From Octopus sinensis (taxonomy: Eukaryota), in contig NW_021832126.1 in NCBI RefSeq assembly GCF_006345805.1, positions 310,001 to 374,000 on the forward strand: a DNA stretch of 64,000 bases. The letters run 5' to 3'. Under the pieces are notes generated by a model that was not told where the DNA came from, did no database searches, and saw only the letters and a program-made list of their open reading frames with translations. Each line of letters starts with the position of its first letter. Position 1 is the first letter of the stretch. Shown here piece by piece: positions 38,642-49,901 of the stretch. The position numbers and the translations under genes are program-made.

Positions 38642-40406
38642 TCAATTAATCATTTCATAATATTTCATCGTACGAGGATCGTAATAGCAGTCCAAACAAG
38701 TATCATAAATCAGTTCAAGGTCATCAAGGTCCTCAACCTGCTCAGTCTCCTCCGAAACCAAAGGAGCCGACCTCACCAGCTGACTTGCATTGGAGACTTT
38801 TTTTAATTCTGAATAAAAATTATCAATCAAACTCGAAGCATCCGAAAATACTGAGGATCTTCGATCAAGGGGATTCCTCGAATCAAACAAAACTGGAGGA
38901 CTTTGAATTCTCTGTCCTTTTCTAATCAAATAAAATACTCATCCCCCACCCCGAGGTATCCCCCTGACTCCAATTCATGTCCACTTCTCTGTCGTAGCCA
39001 AATAAACTCTACGCACATGGATATTTCCAAACACCTCATCTCGGGAAGAGTTCAGGATTACGTCATCGCTCGAACTATAGTCCTCTCCTCGACTGAAATG
39101 GTGATGTCCGTTTGCCAGTGACTTGGTTCTTTGGCCCCGCATGGCCACTAAGGCAGTCTCTTCAAACGAGTCGTTTATGGTGGGCTGCTCTTCGTGGTAC
39201 GACTTGTTCACTTCCTTTAAAAGGGGGAAATATTCATCGATGAAATCTTGATAGTCCGCAGACTTTTGTTTTGGTTCCAATCCAGGATTTTGCGAAGTTG
39301 TCAATGTGTCCCCCAAAGTCTCCTCGTTTTGCCTGATTATGGTATCTTTGTTTGAAATTTGCTCAATTTTTGAGACTGGTTTTGTCGCAGCAGTCAAATT
39401 ACATTTCACTGGAATCAAATCTAAGAAATTTAGCCAAAATTTATTACACTTTGCTCGTTTAAATCGGGTTTTATTTGTTTTGACATACGGGTGTTTCTTG
39501 GTTCTGTTTTTTTGACCAAATTTGCGGATTGTGTCAGTTTTTTGAATGGAGCCGAACCCTGTTTACACAAAGGAAGACCTCCTGATTTGATTCCGTCTGA
39601 ATTCTGTTGATTATTCCCACTTTTTGGTGGAATTCTGGGAAGAGAAGTAATCCAAGTGACGTCAATAATCTCAAAAACTCAAAATCCACAAGAACTTGAG
39701 TTATATGATTAATATCCGGAGATATGGCCACTTGCCGAGGAATTAGTTCCGTGGAGTTGAGAGTGAAAACCTTCCGCAATTTGCAGTTTCCGGAGACGGT
39801 GATGGCCTGGATGGATTTGTAGCTCCTCCCAGGCCAGAGAACGTTGGCCAGTGAGTGGAGGTCGACTACAAGATTGTTGTACTAAGAACTCTAATTAGGA
39901 TATAAATACGATTTCTCGTTGTAGGAGATTCAAGGGAATGCGGGCGTGGAGAGGATTGGACTGGACAGACTTGGCGACGGTGGAAAGGACCAGTCTACGT
40001 TTAACTTTTTCGTTGTCGGTAATTCTACGGAATAGAGAATGCGGATCAACGTCGATTCGATAGAGAAATCTCCTTTTCTGGGACACAGAGTTGAAAACAC
40101 AAAAAAGGTTGGACTATGCCGACTGAAATAAGTCATAAAGTTACAAACGAGTCATTCTGGATTCTTTGGGGAGTTGGATTCGTGTAGATGTGACAGATCC
40201 CTCCAATTTAAAAACAAACCCTTTCACGTTTCTGTCATAAATCTAATCAACTATTTATTTTTGATCGACTTTTTTGGTTGATGGATCGTAAAATTTCCAA
40301 TTTTGCCCCGGTTTTTTGCCTTGCACTGTGAGTAGCTCAATAAAAGAGTTTCCCTATTTAGCAAAAATAATTATTTTGTATATACCTGGTATTCACCTCG
40401 AAACAT
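38642..40406 (-). CDS. CFAP20DC: CFAP20 domain-containing protein (C3orf67-like)
   Basis: MFRGEYQ|[53 protein letters not shown]-terminal [20 protein letters not shown]; apparent 1-nt deletion at 40074-40077. Confidence 0.85.
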
Positions 40407-41676
40407 AAAACAATTGTTGCTTGGTGAAAAATATTTTATATTTAAAAATAATTATTTTTTTACGAGAGAAAAATCGGTTTTGCAGTGCCCTTTTAGGATC
40501 ATTACTGCGATCCTCTGGTCAGACATAGCATCTCCCTTGTACTTTTGTCTAATTTGGAAAAATATGTAATTTGATTGATTTCAAATTTTGCCATGGGTTT
40601 TAGAAGACAAGGAAACACATATCATTACGATTGGAAGATTTCTCGTCTTCAATTACAATTTGAAAGGTGGCTTTGCTATTCGTGAGGCGGCCCGAGCATC
40701 TCAAATTATTAAAATTAATAACTAATTAATAATTTCCAATTGGAAAACCACTCTGAATTGGATAGACCTTGTCAAGGAGTGTCAAAGGAAAAAAAACTAT
40801 TCGATACTAAGATAAAGTCACGTTCTAAGACAATTTAAAACAAGTCAAAATAAAGAAACTACACAAATTATGATCTACTTAGTGGAGAATTGGGACAGAT
40901 TCACAACACAAGTCAGGATAATCTCTGTTCTATTGACTTGAATCGGGGGAATGACAAGATTCTTAAATCTTATACAAAAAATTGAACACAAATGTTCTAT
41001 CTTGAGCGTATACACAATCAGGGACAATCAAAAAACGTTAAGAAAAATGGTCATCAAACACAGACAAGAGGCCTCGAGTATGTCAGCAACAAATTTGAAT
41101 AAATGCTTTTCCAATTGTATCATAACTTGGAATATGAAACGAATTACTTTCTAATAAAAGCAGAGATTATGCGTGTCTTTAATTTAAAGAAAATAAAAAG
41201 AGCCACAAACGTAAAATCATTTTCCAAAACTACACAAAATGAATCTACAATTCCAAAACAATGTAATTTCAGCATGAATATCTAATAAAGTCAAAAGAGG
41301 CCACTGCATTCTATTTTTCCAGTGTTTGAAGAAGACTTTTAGGGTTTAAGATTCTTCACAAGTCATTTGGAGGCAATTAGTGTGGAAAATAGAGTGAATT
41401 CAAAGGGAAGACTAGTACTAGAAAAAACGTTAGAGAAGCCGAACCTAATTATAATTAATATTTGCAAAACTACGTAATACTGTTTAAGATGTTATTTTTA
41501 CACCATGTGAACTACATTTATTTTATTTTATTTTATTTATTTGAAGTCACATGAAAATCTCTCATCGAATAATAATGACAATTCTGTTTTTCGAATAATT
41601 TTTGTAAATATATTTAATAATGAATATTTTTATTTAATTTGTAATTTAAATAATACATAGTCTTTGTGACTTTCTT

Positions 41677-44600
41677 ATGATTATTTCTCAAAAAACTACA
41701 ATTTACCGACTATATTCCCGTTCTTCAAGAGAAGTGAGGAAAATGTATGTCGAATACTACAAATCTCGAGGCCACACATACTATCCTTCTTCCTCAATAA
41801 TTCCGCGTGACGATGATGGGACATATTTTGTCAACAGTGGAATGAATCAAGTCATATATTTAAAAATATATTAAAGTTTAAAAATATATTCTCCGGCACC
41901 CTCCCCGCCAATTCCCCCATGAACTCACTCTCCAAAGTAGTCAACAGTCAACGGTGCTGTCGAGTTGGAGGCAAGCACAACGACTTGGACTGGGTTGGCT
42001 ATGATTTATACCACCACACGTTTTTCGAGATGCTCGGAAGCTGGTCTTTCGGCTCGTACTTCAAAGTGGCTTATTCTCGTTATTTGAAGGAAGAAGCATG
42101 CCAGATGGCCTGGGAGTTGCTGACAAGTCCTCATTATTTTGGATTGGAGAAGGACAGACTGTACATCACATATTTTGGAGGGGACTCTTCTTTGGGCCTC
42201 TCCCCCGATTTTGAGACCAGAGATATTTGGCGGGCTTTGGGGTAGGAGTCATAAGACTTAAAAAAAGGGTTTCCGAGGATCGGATACTTCCAGGAGGGAG
42301 TTCGGACAATTTTTGGGATGCGGGATTCACAGGGCCGTGTGGTCCTTGCACAGAAGTCCACTACGACCACATTTCCGGAAGGTTTGCTCCTTCGCTGGTG
42401 AACTCGGGGTCACCTGACTTGGTCGAGATTGGAAATTGGGTGTTTATCCAATTTAACCGGTTTGATTATTTTTTGATATTTTAGACTGGGAGATGGCACG
42501 GTGACCCCACTTCCGTGTCCGGGGGTTGACAACGGAATCGGACTTGAGAGGATCACGGCGGTCCTCAATGGATTAACCTCAAACTACGAGACCGACCTTT
42601 TCCGTCCTCTTATAGACCAGATTGGACTTGTGACCCCGAATGGTCCCTACCGTGGACTAGTGGGGCTTGATGACGTCAGAGACGTTGATATGGCCTACAG
42701 AGTAGTGGCGGATCACTCCCGGATGTTTACATACGCCATTGCCGACGGTCTAATGCCGGGAAATAGAGGAAACGAGTTGAATTTGTTTAATGTTTTTATA
42801 GAATGAAATTGAGGAAGATTTTGAATCGTTGTTTATACCACGCTCATTCCACGTTGAACGTGCCTCGCGGATTTTTGGCCAAGTTGACGGGGACGGTTGT
42901 GGATGTGTTGGGAGAGACTTTCCCGATCGAGAGAGACGAGCAAAGAAAGGTGGTTACTTTCCGTATTCCAGATTGCACTGATTGTAAACGAAGAAGAACG
43001 TCGTTTTTTGACAACAAATCATGAAAAAAGTACACAACCAAGTCCACGAGGACAGAAAATTTCGGATGGTGTAAATTCGGGACTTTCCTGGGTGAATGTG
43101 CTCGATTTGAAAACCTTGGGGGTTACTCCGACGGAATACTGTCCATATCTATACTCACGTGATCCAGAAGGATTTTACCGTTTGCTAAAAACTGATAAAA
43201 ATAGAATTCGATGACATTTCCAGTGATATTGTGGGACTCAAAAGAAATGGGACATTGACTGACTGCATCAGAGAGGGGGAGGAAGGCATGGTCGTTGTAC
43301 AGAAAACCCCCTTCTATGCCCGCAGTGGGGGACAGGAGCCAGACCAGGGATATATTCGTTCACTAAAGGGAGTGGGGGCAGTGACTGACGTCATTCGGAG
43401 TGGTGATTACGTCATCCACGTGGTCAAGATGGAGAGTGGAGTGTTCCATGTGGGAGATTCTGTTAGTCTGGAGATTGACAAGGAGAGGCGACTGGGGTGT
43501 ATGAGAAGTCACTCTGCGTCTCATGTGGTCAGTTTTGTGCTGAGTCAGTTTGTGCGAATGTTGGAACAGAGGGGTTCGATGGTTGGCAGGGATCACTTCA
43601 CCTTCGACTTTTCAGGCCTGGTATATCCACGTGTGTTCAGTTGTGAGTAGTTGACGTCGACAAATGATGAAAATAGTAATACTTCTGTATACATCACTGA
43701 CCAGGCTCTAAGAGTGGCATTTCATGTTTTAAGTTTAAGGCAGTGGATACAATCCTGGGCTGTTATGGCTCCAGGTCAGTCACTCTTTGTAGGGATCATT
43801 TACTCAAAGCATGTTCTCGAGAAAAGTGTGCGTATCTCCACATCGATGGTCCTCTCAGGTCCTCAATAAAGTCGTTTTATGTCGAAAACTCCGAATTAAA
43901 GCAGAGCGCTGTAATTTGTTTATTTGTATAAAGTCACTGAGACTGTCCCGATTACTGGAAATGGTCGAGACAATCTCCAACTACATTATTAAGAGTAATC
44001 TGGGAATATCTACCATCGAAATGCCGTTTGAGGATGCCCTTCGTCTTCCTCACCTCAAAAAATCTCCCGAAGGGTCTCGTTATCCGTCAAAAGTCCGAGT
44101 GGTGGAGATTGACGCTGTGGGGCCTGGGGGGACCTGTTTTGACTTGTTGAGACATATTCCGACAAATACGGCAGAACTATGCTGCGGCACGTGCTTTATT
44201 TTGAGTCAAGTTCTGATTGTAGGCACGTGTGTAACACTGGGGATATAAAGGCTGTCACTCTCGTCGGGCTCAGTGGTGTGTCTCAAGGGAAGAAGAGAGT
44301 TATAGTTTTGAGTGGAGATCAAGCTGTAAAGGCATTGGAAACTGGGGAGAGGCTGAGGGAGGAATGTCTTCGAATGAATAGGCTTGTTCTTACTTCAAAG
44401 GACTCCCAAAATTGGCTTAACCTCGTTAGGGTTAATAACAAGGTTCCGTGTCCTTCAGTATTGTAGGAAGTCACCACCAAAGTCATTCCCCGGTCTTACA
44501 GGGATCGGCTTTTATCCGATTCTGCCAAACTGAGATATACAATGAACAAAAAATTGGATGAAATTAGAATTAGTCGTGTGCTCTCTGTAAGAGTCAGTTT

Positions 44601-45005
44601 GTTGATATTTGTAGAAATATTGTGAGTTGATTGATGGAAATGACGTGATTTCAGACTCTCTTTTGGTTCTACAAGTCGATTTTACTGAATTAAGGGACAT
44701 AAAATCGGCTTTTAAGAGGACAGAACTGCTCACCTCGACACTTTTTGTGCCATATTCGATAGATGTGGCAGATCAGTCATTTGTGGTGTTTGCTACTCCG
44801 CATGTAGTTCTGATTGTTATATTTACAAAAGGGGAGAGACAAGGTGATTGATCAAGTTAGGGAAGATGTGTTTTATGGGAAAGATGTCGAGTTTCATCGT
44901 GGGGAACTCAATCATTTTGTTTTCGGTCGTGTGTTTCGAACTCCTCTCAGTCAACTTGAAGATCGTTGTCGGGTGGCTGTGAATTCCTTAATGCACAAAA
45001 CATGA
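41677..45005 (+). CDS. AARS2: Alanyl-tRNA synthetase, mitochondrial type
   Basis: FVNSGMNQ|[68 protein letters not shown]|H; short basic N-terminal extension. Confidence 0.9.
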
Positions 45006-45153
45006 CTTTCGTGACTTTTGTTGTATTGGTAGTGATTATACAAGCTGTTATCAAGAAAGATTGGCAATAATTAAGTAATTAACTTTGAGAATAAGAATGG
45101 CCAAGGAATAATGAATCGATAAAATAGTCAAATAGAAATAGTCGATAAAATAG

Positions 45154-45790
45154 TCTGGCACTCTCCTTGACGATGAAGCGGTAAGGATCGGAGTTTCTCT
45201 GCGACTCGGACTAAGGCAATGTGTCCCGCACACGTGCCGCTGTGGCTGCACTGTTGACCCTTTCGGTCTGCACCCTTTATTGTGCAAGAGGAGTGCCGGA
45301 CGTTTCCCGAGGCACTCTGCTATGAATAACATCATACGGAGGGCCCTCGACTCGGCGGGTTTTCCTTCGGTCCTCGAACCACCGGGTCTTGACCGCGGCG
45401 ACGGGAAACGTCCTGACGGGATGACCCTTTTCCCCTTTGAAGGCGGAAAAGGCCTCCTATGGGACGCAACCTGCTGCGACACCTTTTCTGCTTCTCACTT
45501 AACTTCGTGTGCTCTGGAGGCCAAATCTGCAACTAAGAAGGCTGAAGATTTAAAGCTTTTAAAATATTCTGCCCTCTCGGAGAAGTTTTCCGTGGTGCCG
45601 ATCGCGGCGGAGACGTCGGGTGCTCTCGGTCCAAAAACCGAAAAGTTCCTTCGCAAGCTCGGAGCCAAAATCTCAATGCGCACCCATGATCCTCGGGAGG
45701 CGGACTGGCTAATGCAACGGTTCTCGATTGCCATCATCCGGGAAACAGTTTGGCAATCCGCCAGGCTACATATCTACCATAAACATAATA
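45154..45790 (+). mobile_element. 5'-truncated CRE-like copy
   Basis: Near-identical to 49082-49719, same 3' end CATAAACATAATA. Confidence 0.9.
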
Positions 45791-46747
45791 CTTTCTTGCA
45801 ATTGTATTCACAGTCAAATAGACTGGATTATTAATTTTCATTAGAAAAATAATTTTATTTTTTAATTTGACAGTAAGAATTGACGCTTCCGAAGTAGCTG
45901 TTGATCTAAAGCTTGTCCAAATATCCCTGAGGGATGTATTTTGATATGGAAATTGTAAATAAAATGGTGGAAATTGTAAATAAAATGGGTTTCATGTTAT
46001 ACCACCCCTTTAATTGAATTATAGTGATATGACAGCGAATCAAAATCAATGAACCTACCATATGTAAAGAGCAACAAATCCGGAGATTTAGATCCAGACT
46101 AATTCCTTGAAATGAGACATTTTAATATTCCGAGTTCACAGATTATATAGAAAATATTCGGATTTTGATGCTGGAAGCCATTACAGACGAGATTACAAAT
46201 AAAATCTTTATTTCCCACTATTTTCACTTCTCTTTCTAGCATTGGAATGAAATTGATGACCCTGTAACGTAATCGGGGCTCAACTACGACAAAAGAAGAT
46301 TTTTAAAAATTATGAGAATTGGATGGAAACTTATTGCTGATAAGTTGGACAAACATTTTGAAAAAATCTCAGAGTTGTCTATTGATAGAATTTCCGAAAA
46401 TTAATGAAAATTTAGACTAAAAAGAAACGCAAATCTTCCCAAAATGGAAATCTAATTTTAGAAATTGCTTCAAAAAATCAAGATGAGGCTATCTTTTGAA
46501 AACTACGTCTCTACTATTAACATACCGCAGATTTGGCATGGCGCAAAGACGTCCTAATAAGGGCTAAATGAGATACAGTGACTGATCCTGTAATGGAGAT
46601 AAAGATTGAAAGGTTAGACAACAGACCTTCTTTCTAAAAGTAACAGTGAGATCATCAACGATCTGGATTGAAAGATTCATTTAAATGAATTTAAAAGTTA
46701 ATAAACCATTAATAGTTTTTAAAATAAAATTTAATTTATTTCTTGTT

Positions 46748-47525
46748 ATGTCTGCTTCCCTAAAAGATCTATGTATCAAGTATTTTGAAACATCTAACCT
46801 GTACGAAATATTATCTGTGAATAAATCCGTAAACGACAAACAATGTTTCCTAAAATAATAATAAATTTTCAGTAAAATTAGCCTACCATAAATGTGCCAT
46901 AAAAACTCACCCAGACAAGAATCCCGCCAAAGATGCAACCGTTAAATTCCAAATTCTGTCCCAAATTCACATGATCCTCTCCGACCCGGCCAAACGACAA
47001 ATATATGACGAAACAGGTATTGCCTTTCTTTTAATTACAGGACTCTACGGAGAAGACGACACCACCCAAGACAACGTGACGGATTGGTATGCTTATTGGC
47101 GGGAAATATTTCCCCCGGTCACCATGAATTCCATCGACTCATATTTGGCGAATTATCGAGGGATTTTTGTATTTTTATTATTTTTAGGGTCGGAAGATGA
47201 GAGGACTGATCTTAAGAATTTATACACAAAATATAAGGGGAATGTTAACAAAATCTTAAAGGAGGTGATCGGGTTCACGGCGGATGACCGACAACGATAT
47301 ATTTATGTTATATCTGATTTTGTTCGACGGGGAGAAGTCGTAAAACACAAAACATTTCCGATGATGACAAACGAGGAAATGGATAGTTATAATTCGGGAG
47401 TACTTTCTGAATCGAATATATTGAACACAAAAAAGGCCAAAAAACGTGATCCGAAAAAGGGCAAGACATCAGTCGATACTGTCATACAGCCGGGTAGAAA
47501 GAATCGGAATAAAAAAAAGAAATGA
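46748..47525 (+). CDS. DNAJC9: DnaJ subfamily C member 9
   Basis: LKDLCIKYF..NLYEIL, HPD, KFQIL..LSD..RQIYDETG, DWYAYWREIF, YRGSEDERTDLK. Confidence 0.88.
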
Positions 47526-48094
47526 AAAATTACTTTTATATTTCATTTTTTGTTGTTTTATACTGGTTCCGAAATTTTATTATTGATGACTTTAAATATT
47601 TACTAAATTGGAGTAGTCAATGCGAGTTTATATACAAGAATATACAAAATATTATTTTGCATAAAAAGACTTGTTACAAAAACAACTTTTAAAAGGATTG
47701 CTGTCAGTTTCAAATAAAAGTAAACTAATTTGGTGTTATGTATCCTGGACTTACTGCGGTCGATGATATAATAAAGAAAATTGCAAGAACATCGAGAGTA
47801 AATCAAATCACATGGCTTTATTATTATTACGAAGCTCTTTTACAGAACGTTATATTAACCAAGGTCCCGTCTCTGCCACACGTTTCATAATTTGCTTCAA
47901 AAAAATTGATGGACCAAAAAAAAACTATCAAACTTTTGCAAGAGAATTCTCAATTAAAAAAAATTTGCTTTATTGGACGTTTCAATTGCTTTCTGCTTTG
48001 CGCATTTGTTCTTACATCTTTTAGGTCTTCTGCAGATTTAAGATTTCTTTCAATTTATTAAGATCCTTGTTTAGAACCACGGATAGAGTGACTT

Positions 48095-49719
48095 GGCCAA
48101 CCATCTTCCCTTATCTTTGATTCCGACACTATCCCGTCTGCTTCGGGAGTCCAACAGGGAGACCCTCTGGGGCCACTCCTTTTCTGTCTTGGAATCTCCG
48201 AGGTGACCAAGCTTCTATCTTCTCCATTAAACCTCTGGTATCTCGACGACGCCACTCTCGGTGGCCCTCCGGACATCGTCTTGCAGGACATAATTAAAAT
48301 CATCCCGGCTCTGGAGAAAATCGGCCTCATTTTAAATTCCTCCAAATGTGAAATTACCAACCTCGGATGCTCGCAATCTATTTTCGAAGACGCTGTTTCC
48401 TCTTTCTGCGATCTTATCCCGGGAGTTCAATCTACTCCCATTGACGAACTTTTTATCCTCGGAGCCCCGGTAGCTGGCAACTCTATCGATGTGGCCCTAC
48501 GCAAAAAAGAACTTTTCCTCGAAGAAGCTTTTGATCGTATCAGACAGCTGGACTCGCACACTGCATTATTCCTCCTACGGAATTGCTTTTCGATCCAAAA
48601 GCTCTCCTATTTGCTTCGCTCTTCTCCGTGTTTTGATTTTCCAGAGAGGCTTTCAGCCATTGACCTCCTTATCCGCACTTGCACTCAGAACGTATGCAAT
48701 TCTCCTTTCGACGACATGGGTTGGAGACAGGCAACCCTCCCGTTATCTTTTGGAGGGCTCGGCATCCGCTCATGTTCCGACCTATCGTTACCTGCTTACC
48801 TCTCTTCCGTCTCCGCAAGCCACACACTTGTCATGGAAATTCTACGCTCCTTTTCTGAATTTTCCTTAGACACAAATGTGGCTCATTTCAGCGAAGTCTG
48901 GAGGTAGCAAGGTCTTGACTTTCCGGAAAATCAGATGTCTCAACGAGCATGGGATCGAATTAGATGCAAGCAAACTTTCAATCTGCTGCTCGAGTCTTCC
49001 AACCAGCACCGCCGCGCTTGCCTTCTGTCGGCAGCATCCCCGGGTAGCGGAGCTTGGCTTTGTGCATTCCCGAACGCCCCATCTGGCACTCTCCTTGACG
49101 ATGAAGCGGTAAGGATCGGAGTCTCTCTGCGACTCGGACTAAGGCAATGTGTCCCGCACACGTGCCGCTGTGGCTGCACTGTTGACCCTTTCGGTCTGCA
49201 CCCTTTATCGTGCAAGAGGAGTGCCGGACGTTTCCCGAGGCACTCTGCTATGAATGACATCATACGGAGGGCCCTCGACTCGGCGGGATTTCCTTCGGTC
49301 CTCGAACCTCCGGGTCTTGACCGCGGCGACGGGAAGCGTCCTGACGGGATGACCCTTTTCCCCTTTGAAGGCGGAAAAGGCCTCGTATGGGACGCAACCT
49401 GCTGCGACACCTTTTCTGCTTCTCACTTAACTTCGTATGCTCTGGAGGCCAAATCTGCAGCTAAGAAGGCTGAAGATTTAAAGCTTTTAAAATATTCTGC
49501 CCTCTCGAAGAAGTTTTCCGTGGTGCCGATCGCGGCGGAGACGTCGGGTGCTCTCGGTCCAAAAACTGAAAAGTTCCTTCGCAAGCTCGGAGCCAAAATC
49601 TCAATGCACACCCATGATCCTCGGGAGACGAACTGGCTAATGCAACGGTTCTCGATTGCCATCATCCGGGGAAACAGTTTGGCAATCCGCCAGGCTACAT
49701 ATCTACCATAAACATAATA
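48095..49719 (+). mobile_element. 5'-truncated CRE-like copy (RT C-half + RLE)
   Basis: QQGDPLGP, YLDD, SGAWL, CxC..H..C, RPDG, WDATC; single in-frame stop at 48905-48907. Confidence 0.9.
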
Positions 49720-49901
49720 CCATTAATTGTTTTATTAAAAATTATTTTCATCATTATATTTTGCTTCCCTCGTGATTCTTTCGTGCTTGTCTTTTCTTGA
49801 TTGACTCGCAGAGCCCAATTTTTAACTTTTCTAAGAAGTTCTTTAAAACAAGTCCAAGTTCCAAATCATTTTCTGACAAAAAATTATTTCATCTGCATAT
49901 A

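Noticed and set aside
40071-40080. Programmed frameshifting in CFAP20DC, MSH4 (nt ~52-56) and Tc1 (~37250)
   Set aside because: Each is a single missing base in an A-run with no canonical slippery heptamer; homopolymer assembly error is more likely.
43660-43702. Intronic C/D snoRNA (ATGATGA...CTGA) in AlaRS
   Set aside because: Boxes only ~30 nt apart, no terminal stem and no recognisable guide.
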